Origin: Auanema rhodensis
Lineage: Eukaryota; Animalia; Nematoda
NCBI GenBank assembly: GCA_964057225.1
Contig: OZ059897.1
Span: 1,240,001-1,304,000 of the forward strand
Direction of reading: 5' to 3'
DNA: 64,000 nt
A program made the position numbers and the translations under genes. Under the pieces are notes generated by a model. The model saw only the letters and a list, made by a program, of their open reading frames with translations, made no database searches and was not told the origin of the DNA. Positions 38,975 to 54,610 of the stretch are shown piece after piece; position 1 is the stretch's first letter; each line of letters starts with the position of its first letter.

Positions 38975-41900
38975 TTGAAAAATGATGCATTAGTGTATGT
39001 TGAGTTTCCATGTACACTCAACATTGCTTCCAAAAACATTTTGACAAAAATTTTCCCGAAAAATTTCAAGATAATTTTACAAAAAGTAGATGTTCTTAGA
39101 TTTCTTTTTTTAAGGCAAAGACGATGGACAATGTTATTCAACGAAAAAATTAATTCTTCAGGGTGAAAATCGAGGATATAAGTGTGAACTTATATCAGTT
39201 GATATCTCGGTGCATTTTTAAGCTAACGCAAATCTGATAACACAGATCGTCGCAGCTTAAAAATCCGCTTCGAATGCACTATACTACATTGAGAAACGCT
39301 CAATACAAAAATTATTTATGATTGTTTGAAAAATGATGCATTAGTGTATGTTGCGTTTCCATGTACACTCAACATTGCTTCCAAAAACATTTTGACAAAA
39401 ATTTTCCCGAAAAATTTCAAGATAATTTTACAAAAAGTAGATGTTTTTAGATTTCTTTTTTTAAGGCAAAGACGATGGACAATGTTATTCAACGAAAAAA
39501 TTAATTCTTCAGGGTGAAAATCGAGGATATAAGTGTGAACTTATATCAGTTAATATCTCGGTGCATTTTTAAGCTAACTCAAATCTAATAACACAGATCG
39601 ACGCAGCTTAAAAATCCGCATCGAATGCACTATATAACATTGAGAAACGCTCAATACAAAAATTATTTATGATTGTTTGAAAAATGATGCATTAGTGTAT
39701 GTTGAGTTTCCATGTACACTCAACATTGCTTCCAAAAACATTTTGACAAAAATTTTCCTGAAAAATTTCAAGATAATTTTACAGAAAGCAAATGTTTTTA
39801 GATTCCTTTTTTTAAGGCGAAAACGATGGACAATGTTATTCAACGAAAAAATTAATTCTTCAGGGTGAAAATCGAGGATATAAGTGTGAACTTATATCAG
39901 TTGATATCTCGGTGCATATTTAAGCTAGCGCAAATCTAATAACACAGATCGACGCAGCTTAAAAATCCGCATCGAATGCACTATATAACATTGAGAAACG
40001 CTCAATACAAAAATTATTTATGATTGTTTGAAAAATGATGCATTAGTGTATGTTGCGTTTCCATGTACACTCAACATTGCTTCCAAAAACATTTTGACAA
40101 AAATTTTCCCGAAAAATTTCAAGATAATTTTACAAAAAGTAGATGTTTTTAGATTTCTTTTTTTAAGGCAAAGACGATGGACAATGTTATTCAACGAAAA
40201 AATTAATTCTTCAGGGTGAAAATCGAGGATATAAGTGTGAACTTCTATCAGTTAATATCTCGGTGCATTTTTAAGCTAACTCAAATCTAATAACACAGAT
40301 CGACGCAGCTTAAAAATCCGCATCGAATGCACTATATAACATTGAGAAACGCTCAATACAAAAATTATTTATGATTGTTTGAAAAATGATGCATTAGTGT
40401 ATGTTGAGTTTCCATGTACACTCAACATTGCTTCCAAAAACATTTTGACAAAAATTTTCCCGAAAAATTTCAAGATAATTTTACAAAAAGTAGATGTTTT
40501 TAGATTTCTTTTTTTAAGGCAAAGACGATGGACAATGTTATTCAACGAAAAAATTAATTCTTCAGGGTGAAAATCGAGGATATAAGTGTGAACTTCTATC
40601 AGTTAATATCTCGGTGCATTTTTAAGCTAACTCAAATCTAATAACACAGATCGACGCAGCTTAAAAATCCGCTTCGAATGCACTATACTACATTGAGAAA
40701 CGCTCAATACAAAAATTATTTATGATTGTTTGAAAAATGATGCATTAGTGTATGTTGCGTTTCCATGTACACTCAACATTGCTTCCAAAAACATTTTGAC
40801 AAAAATTTTCCTGAAAAATTTCAAGATAATTTTACAAAAAGTAGATGTTTTTAGATTTCTTTTTTTAAGGCAAAGACGATGGACAATGTTATTCAACGAA
40901 AAAATTAATTCTTCAGGGTGAAAATCGAGGATATAAGTGTGAACTTATATCAGTTGATATCTCGGTGCATTTTTAAGCTAACGCAAATCTGATAACACAG
41001 ATCGTCGCAGCTTAAAAATCCGCTTCGAATGCACTATACTACATTGAGAAACGCTCAATACAAAAATTATTTATGATTGTTTGAAAAATGATGCATTAGT
41101 GTATGTTGCGTTTCCATGTACACTCAACATTGCTTCCAAAAACATTTTGACAAAAATTTTCCCGAAAAATTTCAAGATAATTTTACAAAAAGTAGATGTT
41201 TTTAGATTTCTTTTTTTAAGGCAAAGACGATGGACATTGTTATTCAACGAAAAAATTAATTCTTCAGGGTGAAAATCGAGGATATAAGTGTGAACTTATA
41301 TCAGTTGATATCTCTTTGCATTTTTAAGCTAACGCAAATCTGATAACACAGATCGTCGCAGCTTAAAAATCCGCTTCGAATGCACTATACTACATTGAGA
41401 AACGCTCAATACAAAAATTATTTATGATTGTTTGAAAAATGATGCATTAGTGTATGTTGCGTTTCCATGTACACTCAACATTGCTTCCAAAAACATTTTG
41501 ACAAAAATTTTCCCGAAAAATTTCAAGATAATTTTACAAAAAGTAGATGTTTTTAGATTTCTTTTTTTAAGGCAAAGACGATGGACAATGTTATTCAACG
41601 AAAAAATTAATTCTTCAGGGTGAAAATCGAGGATATAAGTGTGAACTTATATCAGTTAATATCTCGGTGCATTTTTAAGCTAACTCAAATCTAATAACAC
41701 AGATCGACGCAGCTTAAAAATCCGCATCGAATGCACTATATAACATTGAGAAGCGCTCAATACAAAAATTATTTATGATTGTTTGAAAAATGATGCATTA
41801 GTGTATGTTGAGTTTCCATGTACACTCAACATTGCTTCCAAAAACATTTTGACAAAAATTTTCCCGAAAAATTTCAAGATAATTTTACAAAAAGTAGATG

Positions 41901-44900
41901 TTTTTAGATTTATTTTTTTAAGGCAAAGACGATGGACAATGTTATTCAACGAAAAAATTAATTCTTCAGGGTGAAAATCGAGGATATAAGTGTGAACTTA
42001 TATCAGTTAATATCTCGGTGCATTTTTAAGCTAACTCAAATCTAATAACACAGATCGACGCAGCTTAAAAATCCGCATCGAATGCACTATATAACATTGA
42101 GAAACGCTCAATACAAAAATTATTTATGATTGTTTGAAAAATGATGCATTAGTGTATGTTGAGTTTCCATGTACACTCAACATTGCTTCCAAAAACATTT
42201 TGACAAAAATTTTCCTGAAAAATTTCAAGATAATTTTACAGAAAGTAAATGTTTTTAGATTCCTTTTTTTAAGGCGAAAACGATGGACAATGTTATTCAA
42301 CGAAAAAATTAATTCTTCAGGGTGAAAATCGAGGATATAAGTGTGAACTTATATCAGTTGATATCTCTTTGCATTTTTAAGCTAACGCAAATCTGATAAC
42401 ACAGATCGTCGCAGCTTAAAAATCCGCTTCGAATGCACTATACTACATTGAGAAACGCTCAATACAAAAATTATTTATGATTGTTTGAAAAATGATGCAT
42501 TAGTGTATGTTGCGTTTCCATGTACACTCAACATTGCTTCCAAAAACATTTTGACAAAAATTTTCCCGAAAAATTTCAAGATAATTTTACAAAAAGTAGA
42601 TGTTTTTAGATTTCTTTTTTTAAGGCAAAGACGATGGACAATGTTATTCAACGAAAAAATTAATTCTTCAGGGTGAAAATCGAGGATATAAGTGTGAACT
42701 TATATCAGTTAATATCTCGGTGCATTTTTAAGCTAACTCAAATCTAATAACACAGATCGACGCAGCTTAAAAATCCGCATCGAATGCACTATATAACATT
42801 GAGAAACGCTCAATACAAAAATTATTTATGATTGTTTGAAAAATGATGCATTAGTGTATGTTGAGTTTCCATGTACACTCAACATTGCTTCCAAAAACAT
42901 TTTGACAAAAATTTTCCTGAAAAATTTCAAGATAATTTTACAGAAAGTAAATGTTTTTAGATTCCTTTTTTCAAGGCGAAAACGATGGACAATGTTATTC
43001 AACGAAAAAATTAATTCTTCAGGGTGAAAATCGAGGATATAAGTGTGAACTTATATCAGTTAATATCTCGGTGCATTTTTAAGCTAACTCAAATCTAATA
43101 ACACAGATCGACGCAGCTTAAAAATCCGCATCGAATGCACTATATAACATTGAGAAACGCTCAATACAAAAATTATTTATGATTGTTTGAAAAATGATGC
43201 ATTAGTGTATGTTGAGTTTCCATGTACACTCAACATTGCTTCCAAAAACATTTTGACAAAAATTTTCCTGAAAAATTTCAAGATAATTTTACAGAAAGTA
43301 AATGTTTTTAGATTCCTTTTTTCAAGGCGAAAACGATGGACAATGTTATTCAACGAAAAAATTAATTCTTCAGGGTGAAAATCGAGGATATAAGTGTGAA
43401 CTTATATCAGTTAATATCTCGGTGCATTTTTAAGCCAACTCAAATCTAATAACACAGATCGACGCAGCTTAAAAATCCGCATCGAATGCACTATATAACA
43501 TTGAGAAACGCTCAATACAAAATTTATTTATGATTGTTTGAAAAATGATGCATTAGTGTATGTTGAGTTTCCATGTACACTCAACATTGCTTCCAAAAAC
43601 ATTTTGACAAAAATTTTCCCGAAAAATTTCAAGATAATTTTACAAAAAGTAGATGTTCTTAGATTTCTTTTTTTAAGGCAAAGACGATGGACAATGTTAT
43701 TCAACGAAAAAATTAATTCTTCAGGGTGAAAATCGAGGATATAAGTGTGAACTTATATCAGTTAATATCTCGGTGCATTTTTAAGCTAACGCAAATCTGA
43801 TAACACAGATCGACGCAGCTTAAAAATCCGCATCGAATGCACTATACTACATTGAGAAACGCTCAATACAAAATTTATTTATGATTGTTTGAAAAATGAT
43901 GCATTAGTGTATGTTGAGTTTCCATGTACACTCAACATTGCTTCCAAAAACATTTTGACAAAAATTTTCCCGAAAAATTTCAAGATAATTTTACAAAAAG
44001 TAGATGTTCTTAGATTTCTTTTTTTAAGGCAAAGACGATGGACAATGTTATTCAACGAAAAAATTAATTCTTCAGGGTGAAAATCGAGGATATAAGTGTG
44101 AACTTATATCAGTTGATATCTCGGTGCATTTTTAAGCTAACGCAAATCTGATAACACAGATCGTCGCAGCTTAAAAATCCGCTTCGAATGCACTATACTA
44201 CATTGAGAAACGCTCAATACAAAAATTATTTATGATTGTTTGAAAAATGATGCATTAGTGTATGTTGCGTTTCCATGTACACTCAACATTGCTTCCAAAA
44301 ACATTTTGACAAAAATTTTCCCGAAAAATTTCAAGATAATTTTACAAAAAGTAGATGTTTTTAGATTTCTTTTTTTAAGGCAAAGACGATGGACAATGTT
44401 ATTCAACGAAAAAATTAATTCTTCAGGGTGAAAATCGAGGATATAAGTGTGAACTTATATCAGTTAATATCTCGGTGCATTTTTAAGCTAACTCAAATCT
44501 AATAACACAGATCGACGCAGCTTAAAAATCCGCATCGAATGCACTATATAACATTGAGAAACGCTCAATACAAAAATTATTTATGATTGTTTGAAAAATG
44601 ATGCATTAGTGTATGTTGAGTTTCCATGTACACTCAACATTGCTTCCAAAAACATTTTGACAAAAATTTTCCTGAAAAATTTCAAGATAATTTTACAGAA
44701 AGCAAATGTTTTTAGATTCCTTTTTTTAAGGCGAAAACGATGGACAATGTTATTCAACGAAAAAATTAATTCTTCAGGGTGAAAATCGAGGATATAAGTG
44801 TGAACTTATATCAGTTGATATCTCGGTGCATATTTAAGCTAGCGCAAATCTAATAACACAGATCGACGCAGCTTAAAAATCCGCATCGAATGCACTATAT

Positions 44901-47040
44901 AACATTGAGAAACGCTCAATACAAAAATTATTTATGATTGTTTGAAAAATGATGCATTAGTGTATGTTGCGTTTCCATGTACACTCAACATTGCTTCCAA
45001 AAACATTTTGACAAAAATTTTCCCGAAAAATTTCAAGATAATTTTACAAAAAGTAGATGTTTTTAGATTTCTTTTTTTAAGGCAAAGACGATGGACAATG
45101 TTATTCAACGAAAAAATTAATTCTTCAGGGTGAAAATCGAGGATATAAGTGTGAACTTCTATCAGTTAATATCTCGGTGCATTTTTAAGCTAACTCAAAT
45201 CTAATAACACAGATCGACGCAGCTTAAAAATCCGCATCGAATGCACTATATAACATTGAGAAACGCTCAATACAAAAATTATTTATGATTGTTTGAAAAA
45301 TGATGCATTAGTGTATGTTGAGTTTCCATGTACACTCAACATTGCTTCCAAAAACATTTTGACAAAAATTTTCCCGAAAAATTTCAAGATAATTTTACAA
45401 AAAGTAGATGTTTTTAGATTTCTTTTTTTAAGGCAAAGACGATGGACAATGTTATTCAACGAAAAAATTAATTCTTCAGGGTGAAAATCGAGGATATAAG
45501 TGTGAACTTCTATCAGTTAATATCTCGGTGCATTTTTAAGCTAACTCAAATCTAATAACACAGATCGACGCAGCTTAAAAATCCGCTTCGAATGCACTAT
45601 ACTACATTGAGAAACGCTCAATACAAAAATTATTTATGATTGTTTGAAAAATGATGCATTAGTGTATGTTGCGTTTCCATGTACACTCAACATTGCTTCC
45701 AAAAACATTTTGACAAAAATTTTCCTGAAAAATTTCAAGATAATTTTACAAAAAGTAGATGTTTTTAGATTTCTTTTTTTAAGGCAAAGACGATGGACAA
45801 TGTTATTCAACGAAAAAATTAATTCTTCAGGGTGAAAATCGAGGATATAAGTGTGAACTTATATCAGTTGATATCTCGGTGCATTTTTAAGCTAACGCAA
45901 ATCTGATAACACAGATCGTCGCAGCTTAAAAATCCGCTTCGAATGCACTATACTACATTGAGAAACGCTCAATACAAAAATTATTTATGATTGTTTGAAA
46001 AATGATGCATTAGTGTATGTTGCGTTTCCATGTACACTCAACATTGCTTCCAAAAACATTTTGACAAAAATTTTCCCGAAAAATTTCAAGATAATTTTAC
46101 AAAAAGTAGATGTTTTTAGATTTCTTTTTTTAAGGCAAAGACGATGGACATTGTTATTCAACGAAAAAATTAATTCTTCAGGGTGAAAATCGAGGATATA
46201 AGTGTGAACTTATATCAGTTGATATCTCTTTGCATTTTTAAGCTAACGCAAATCTGATAACACAGATCGTCGCAGCTTAAAAATCCGCTTCGAATGCACT
46301 ATACTACATTGAGAAACGCTCAATACAAAAATTATTTATGATTGTTTGAAAAATGATGCATTAGTGTATGTTGCGTTTCCATGTACACTCAACATTGCTT
46401 CCAAAAACATTTTGACAAAAATTTTCCCGAAAAATTTCAAGATAATTTTACAAAAAGTAGATGTTTTTAGATTTCTTTTTTTAAGGCAAAGACGATGGAC
46501 AATGTTATTCAACGAAAAAATTAATTCTTCAGGGTGAAAATCGAGGATATAAGTGTGAACTTATATCAGTTAATATCTCGGTGCATTTTTAAGCTAACTC
46601 AAATCTAATAACACAGATCGACGCAGCTTAAAAATCCGCATCGAATGCACTATATAACATTGAGAAGCGCTCAATACAAAAATTATTTATGATTGTTTGA
46701 AAAATGATGCATTAGTGTATGTTGAGTTTCCATGTACACTCAACATTGCTTCCAAAAACATTTTGACAAAAATTTTCCCGAAAAATTTCAAGATAATTTT
46801 ACAAAAAGTAGATGTTTTTAGATTTATTTTTTTAAGGCAAAGACGATGGACAATGTTATTCAACGAAAAAATTAATTCTTCAGGGTGAAAATCGAGGATA
46901 TAAGTGTGAACTTATATCAGTTAATATCTCGGTGCATTTTTAAGCTAACTCAAATCTAATAACACAGATCGACGCAGCTTAAAAATCCGCATCGAATGCA
47001 CTATATAACATTGAGAAACGCTCAATACAAAAATTATTTA
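38975..47040 (+). repeat. Sat351 block of ~9 monomers duplicated at a 14-monomer offset (4914 bp)
   Basis: Marker pairs are 38975/43889 (GTTCTT), 39677/44591 (AGCAAAT), 40730/45644, 41081/45995 (GACATTG) and 41783/46697 (GATTTATT). Confidence 0.87.
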
Positions 47041-50000
47041 TGATTGTTTGAAAAATGATGCATTAGTGTATGTTGAGTTTCCATGTACACTCAACATTGC
47101 TTCCAAAAACATTTTGACAAAAATTTTCCCGAAAAATTTCAAGATAATTTTACAAAAAGTAGCTGTTTTTAGATTCCTTTTTTTAAGGCGAAGACGATGG
47201 ACAATGTTATTCAACGAAAAAATTAATTCTTCAGGGTGAAAATCGAGGATATAAGTGTGAACTTATATCAGTTGATATCTCGGTGCATTTTTAAGCTAGC
47301 GCAAATCTAATCACACAGATCGACGCAGCTTAAAAATCCGCATCGAATGCACTATATAACATTGAGAAACGCTCAATACAAAAATTATTTATGATTGTTT
47401 GAAAAATGATGCATTAGTGTATGTTGAGTTTCCATGTACACTCAACATTGCTTCCAAAAACATTTTGACAAAAATTTTCCCGAAAAATTTCAAGATAATT
47501 TTACAAAAAGTAGCTGTTTTTAGATTCCTTTTTTTAAGGCGAAGACGATGGACAATGTTATTCAACGAAAAAATTAATTCTTCAGGGTGAAAATCGAGGA
47601 TATAAGTGTGAACTTATATCAGTTGATATCTCGGTGCATTTTTAAGCTAGCGCAAATCTGATAACACAGATCGACGCCGCTTAAAAATACGCATCGAATG
47701 CACTATACTACATTGAGAAACGCTTAATACAAAAATTAGTTATGCTCGTTTGAAAAATGATGCATTAGTGTATGTTGAGTTTCCATGTACACTCAACATT
47801 GCTTCCAAAAACATTTTGACAAAAATTTTCCCGAAAAATTTCAAGATAATTTAACAAAGAGTAGATGTTTTTAGATTCCTTTTTTTAAGACGAAGACGAT
47901 GGACAATGTTATTCAACGAAAAAATTAATTCTTCAGGGTGAAAATCGAGGATATAAGTGTGAACTTATATCAGTTGATATCTCGGTGCATTTTTAAGCTA
48001 GCGCAAATCTGATAACACAGATCGACGCCGCTCAAAAATACGCATCGAATGCACTATACTACATTGAGAAACGCTTAATACAAAAATTAGTTATGCTCGT
48101 TTGAAAAATGATTCATTAGTGTATGTTGAGTTTCCATGTACACTCAACATTGCTTCCAAAAACATTTTGACAAAAATTTTCCCGAAAAATTTCAAGATAA
48201 TTTAACAAAGAGTAGATGTTTTTAGATTCCTTTTTTTAAGGCGAAGACGATGGACAATGTTATTCAACGAAAAAATTAATTCTTCAGGGTGAAAATCGAG
48301 GATATAAGTGTGAACTTATATCAGTTGATATCTCGGTGAATTTTTAAGCTAACTCAAATCTGATAACACAGATCGACGCAGCTTAAAAATCCGTTTCGAA
48401 TGCATTATACTACATTGAGAAACGCTCAATACAAAAATTAGTTATGCTCGTTTGAAAAATGATTCATTAGTGTATGTTGCGTTTCCATGTACACTCAACA
48501 TTGCTTCCAAAAACATTTTGACAAAAATTTTCCCGAAAAATTTCAAGATAATTTTACAAAAAGTAGATGTTTTTAGATTTCTTTTTTTAAGGCAAAGACG
48601 ATGGACAATGTTATTCAACGAAAAAATTAATTCTTCAGGGTGAAAATCGAGGATATAAGTGTGAACTTATATCAGTTAATATCTCGGTGCATTTTTAAGC
48701 TAACTCAAATCTAATAACACAGATCGACGCAGCTTAAAAATCCGCATCGAATGCACTATATAACATTGAGAAGCGCTCAATACAAAAATTATTTATGATT
48801 GTTTGAAAAATGATGCATTAGTGTATGTTGAGTTTCCATGTACACTCAACATTGCTTCCAAAAACATTTTGACAAAAATTTTCCCGAAAAATTTCAAGAT
48901 AATTTTACAAAAAGTAGATGTTTTTAGATTTATTTTTTTAAGGCAAAGACGATGGACAATGTTATTCAACGAAAAAATTAATTCTTCAGGGTGAAAATCG
49001 AGGATATAAGTGTGAACTTATATCAGTTAATATCTCGGTGCATTTTTAAGCTAACTCAAATCTAATAACACAGATCGACGCAGCTTAAAAATCCGCATCG
49101 AATGCACTATATAACATTGAGAAACGCTCAATACAAAAATTATTTATGATTGTTTGAAAAATGATGCATTAGTGTATGTTGAGTTTCCATGTACACTCAA
49201 CATTGCTTCCAAAAACATTTTGACAAAAATTTTCCCGAAAAATTTCAAGATAATTTTACAAAAAGTAGCTGTTTTTAGATTCCTTTTTTTAAGGCGAAGA
49301 CGATGGACAATGTTATTCAACGAAAAAATTAATTCTTCAGGGTGAAAATCGAGGATATAAGTGTGAACTTATATCAGTTGATATCTCGGTGCATTTTTAA
49401 GCTAGCGCAAATCTAATAACACAGATCGACGCAGCTTAAAAATCCGCATCGAATGCACTATATAACATTGAGAAACGCTCAATACAAAAATTATTTATGA
49501 TTGTTTGAAAAATGATGCATTAGTGTATGTTGAGTTTCCATGTACACTCAACATTGCTTCCAAAAACATTTTGACAAAAATTTTCCCGAAAAATTTCAAG
49601 ATAATTTTACAAAAAGTAGCTGTTTTTAGATTCCTTTTTTTAAGGCGAAGACGATGGACAATGTTATTCAACGAAAAAATTAATTCTTCAGGGTGAAAAT
49701 CGAGGATATAAGTGTGAACTTATATCAGTTGATATCTCGGTGCATTTTTAAGCTAGCGCAAATCTGATAACACAGATCGACGCCGCTTAAAAATACGCAT
49801 CGAATGCACTATACTACATTGAGAAACGCTTAATACAAAAATTAGTTATGCTCGTTTGAAAAATGATGCATTAGTGTATGTTGAGTTTCCATGTACACTC
49901 AACATTGCTTCCAAAAACATTTTGACAAAAATTTTCCCGAAAAATTTCAAGATAATTTAACAAAGAGTAGATGTTTTTAGATTCCTTTTTTTAAGGCGAA

Positions 50001-50580
50001 GACGATGGACAATGTTATTCAACGAAAAAATTAATTCTTCAGGGTGAAAATCGAGGATATAAGTGTGAACTTATATCAGTTGATATCTCGGTGCATTTTT
50101 AAGCTAGCGCAAATCTGATAACACAGATCGACGCCGCTCAAAAATACGCATCGAATGCACTATACTACATTGAGAAACGCTTAATACAAAAATTAGTTAT
50201 GCTCGTTTGAAAAATGATTCATTAGTGTATGTTGAGTTTCCATGTACACTCAACATTGCTTCCAAAAACATTTTGACAAAAATTTTCCCGAAAAATTTCA
50301 AGATAATTTAACAAAGAGTAGATGTTTTTAGATTCCTTTTTTTAAGGCGAAGACGATGGACAATGTTATTCAACGAAAAAATTAATTCTTCAGGGTGAAA
50401 ATCGAGGATATAAGTGTGAACTTATATCAGTTGATATCTCGGTGAATTTTTAAGCTAACTCAAATCTGATAACACAGATCGACGCAGCTTAAAAATCCGT
50501 TTCGAATGCATTATACTACATTGAGAAACGCTCAATACAAAAATTAGTTATGCTCGTTTGAAAAATGATTCATTAGTGTA
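46370..50580 (+). repeat. Sat351 tandem duplication of a 6-monomer block (2106 bp)
   Basis: The markers at 46697/47048/47399 (GATTTATT, GTAGCTG twice) recur at 48803/49154/49505, each followed by two TTTAAC-type monomers. Confidence 0.87.
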
Positions 50581-53500
50581 TGTTGAGTTTCCATGTACAC
50601 TCAACATTGCTTCCAAAAACATTTTGACAAAAATTTTCCCGAAAAATTTCAAGATAATTTTACAAAAACTAGATGTTTTTAGATTCCTTTTTTTAAGGCG
50701 AAGACGATGGACAATGTTATTCAACAAAAAAATTAATTCTTCAGGGTGAAAAACGAGGATATAAGTGTGAACTTATATCAGTTGATATCTCGGTGCATTT
50801 TTAAGCTAGCGCAAATCTGATAACACAGATCGACGCCGCTCAAAAATACGCATCGAATGCATTATACTACATTGAGAAACGCTCAATACAAAAATTAGTT
50901 ATGCTCGTTTGAAAAATGATTCATTAGTGTATGTTGAGTTTCCATGTACACTCAACATTGCTTCCAAAAACATTTTGACAAAAATTTTCCTGAAAAATTT
51001 CGAGATAATTTTACAAAAACTAGATGTTTTTAGATTCCTTTTTTTAAGGCGAAGACGATGGACAATGTTATTCAACGAAAAAATTAATTCTTCAGGGTGA
51101 AAAACGAGGATATAAGTGTGAACTTATATCAGTTGATATCTCGGTGAATTTTTAAGCTAGCGCAAATCTGATAACACAGATCGACGCAGCTTAAAAATCC
51201 GTTTCGAATGCATTATACTACATTGAGAAACGCTCAATACAAAAATTATTTATGATTGTTTGAAAAAAGATGCATTAGTGTATGTTGAGTTTCCATGTAC
51301 ACTCAACATTGCTTCCAAAAACATTTTGACAAAAATTTTCCCGAAAAATTTCAAGATAATTTTACAAAAACTAGATGTTTTTAGATTCCTTTTTTTAAGG
51401 CAAAGACGATGGACAATGTTATTCAACGAAAAAATTAATTCTTCAGGGTGAAAAACGAGGATATAAGTGTGAACTTATATCAGTTGATATCTCGGTGAAT
51501 TTTTAAGCTAACTCAAATCTGATAACACAGATCGACGCAGCTTAAAAATCCGTTTCGAATGCATTATACTACATTGAGAAACGCTCAATACAAAAATTAG
51601 TTATGCTCGTTTGAAAAATGATTCATTAGTGTATGTTGAGTTTCCATGTACACTCAACATTGCTTCCAAAAACATTTTGACAAAAATTTTCCCGAAAAAT
51701 TTCAAGATAATTTTACAAAAACTAGATGTTTTTAGATTCCTTTTTTTAAGGCGAAGACGATGGACAATGTTATTCAACAAAAAAATTAATTCTTCAGGGT
51801 GAAAAACGAGGATATAAGTGTGAACTTATATCAGTTGATATCTCGGTGCATTTTTAAGCTAGCGCAAATCTGATAACACAGATCGACGCCGCTCAAAAAT
51901 ACGCATCGAATGCATTATACTACATTGAGAAACGCTCAATACAAAAATTAGTTATGCTCGTTTGAAAAATGATTCATTAGTGTATGTTGAGTTTCCATGT
52001 ACACTCAACATTGCTTCCAAAAACATTTTGACAAAAATTTTCCTGAAAAATTTCGAGATAATTTTACAAAAACTAGATGTTTTTAGATTCCTTTTTTTAA
52101 GGCGAAGACGATGGACAATGTTATTCAACGAAAAAATTAATTCTTCAGGGTGAAAAACGAGGATATAAGTGTGAACTTATATCAGTTGATATCTCGGTGA
52201 ATTTTTAAGCTAACTCAAATCTGATAACACAGATCGACGCAGCTTAAAAATCCGTTTCGAATGCATTATACTACATTGAGAAACGCTCAATACAAAAATT
52301 ATTTATGATTGTTTGAAAAAAGATGCATTAGTGTATGTTGAGTTTCCATGTACACTCAACATTGCTTCCAAAAACATTTTGACAAAAATTTTCCCGAAAA
52401 ATTTCAAGATAATTTTACAAAAACTAGATGTTTTTAGATTCCTTTTTTTAAGGCAAAGACGATGGACAATGTTATTCAACGAAAAAATTAATTCTTCAGG
52501 GTGAAAAACGAGGATATAAGTGTGAACTTATATCAGTTGATATCTCGGTGCATTTTTAAGCTAGCGCAAATCTGATAACACAGATCGACGCCGCTCAAAA
52601 ATACGCATCGAATGCACTATACTACATTGAGAAACGCTCAATACAAAAATTAGTTATGCTCGTTTGAAAAATGATTCATTAGTGTATGTTGAGTTTCCAT
52701 GTACACTCAACATTGCTTCCAAAAACATTTTGACAAAAATTTTCCCGAAAAATTTCAAGATAATTTTACAAAAACTAGATGTTTTTAGATTCCTTTTTTT
52801 AAGGCAAAGACGATGGACAATGTTATTCAACGAAAAAATTAATTCTTCAGGGTGAAAAACGAGGATATAAGTGTGAAATTATATCAGTTGATATCTCGGT
52901 GCATTTTTAAGCTAGCGCAAATCTGATAACACAGATCGACGCCGCTCAAAAATACGCATCGAATGCACTATACTACATTGAGAAACGCTCAATACAAAAA
53001 TTAGTTATGCTCGTTTGAAAAATGATTCATTAGTGTATGTTGAGTTTCCATGTACACTCAACATTGCTTCCAAAAACATTTTGACAAAAATTTTCCCGAA
53101 AAATTTCAAGATAATTTTACAAAAAGTAGATGTTTTTAGATTTCTTTTTTTAAGGCAAAGACGATGGACAATGTTATTCAACGAAAAAATTAATTCTTCA
53201 GGGTGAAAATCGAGGATATAAGTGTGAACTTATATCAGTTGATATCTCGGTGCATTTTTAAGCTAGCGCAAATCTGATAACACAGATCGACGCCGCTCGA
53301 AAATACGCATCGAATGCACTATACTACATTGAGAAACGCTAAATACAAAAATTAGTTATGCTCGTTTGAAAAATGATTCATTAGTGTATGTTGAGTTTCC
53401 ATGTACACTCAACATTGCTTCCAAAAACATTTTGACAAAAATTTTCCTGAAAAATTTCGAGATAATTTTACAAAAACTAGATGTTTTTAGATTCCTTTTT

Positions 53501-54610
53501 TTTAAGGCGAAGACGATGGACAATGTTATTCAACGAAAAAATTAATTCTTCAGGGTGAAAAACGAGGATATAAGTGTGAACTTATATCAGTTGATATCTC
53601 GGTGAATTTTTAAGCTAGCGCAAATCTGATAACACAGATCGACGCAGCTTAAAAATCCGTTTCGAATGCATTATACTACATTGAGAAACGCTCAATACAA
53701 AAATTATTTATGATTGTTTGAAAAAAGATGCATTAGTGTATGTTGAGTTTCCATGTACACTCAACATTGCTTCCAAAAACATTTTGACAAAAATTTTCCC
53801 GAAAAATTTCAAGATAATTTTACAAAAACTAGATGTTTTTAGATTCCTTTTTTTAAGGCGAAGACGATGGACAATGTTATTCAACAAAAAAATTAATTCT
53901 TCAGGGTGAAAAACGAGGATATAAGTGTGAACTTATATCAGTTGATATCTCGGTGCATTTTTAAGCTAGCGCAAATCTGATAACACAGATCGACGCCGCT
54001 CAAAAATACGCATCGAATGCATTATACTACATTGAGAAACGCTCAATACAAAAATTAGTTATGCTCGTTTGAAAAATGATTCATTAGTGTATGTTGAGTT
54101 TCCATGTACACTCAACATTGCTTCCAAAAACATTTTGACAAAAATTTTCCTGAAAAATTTCGAGATAATTTTACAAAAACTAGATGTTTTTAGATTCCTT
54201 TTTTTAAGGCGAAGACGATGGACAATGTTATTCAACGAAAAAATTAATTCTTCAGGGTGAAAAACGAGGATATAAGTGTGAACTTATATCAGTTGATATC
54301 TCGGTGAATTTTTAAGCTAACTCAAATCTGATAACACAGATCGACGCAGCTTAAAAATCCGTTTCGAATGCATTATACTACATTGAGAAACGCTCAATAC
54401 AAAAATTATTTATGATTGTTTGAAAAAAGATGCATTAGTGTATGTTGAGTTTCCATGTACACTCAACATTGCTTCCAAAAACATTTTGACAAAAATTTTC
54501 CCGAAAAATTTCAAGATAATTTTACAAAAACTAGATGTTTTTAGATTCCTTTTTTTAAGGCAAAGACGATGGACAATGTTATTCAACGAAAAAATTAATT
54601 CTTCAGGGTG
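50558..54610 (+). repeat. Sat351 3-mer higher-order repeat (1053 bp), about 3-4 imperfect copies
   Basis: The triplet CAACAAAA / TTTCGAGA / AAAAAAGATG occurs at 50558-51260, 51611-52313 and 53718-54420. Confidence 0.83.
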
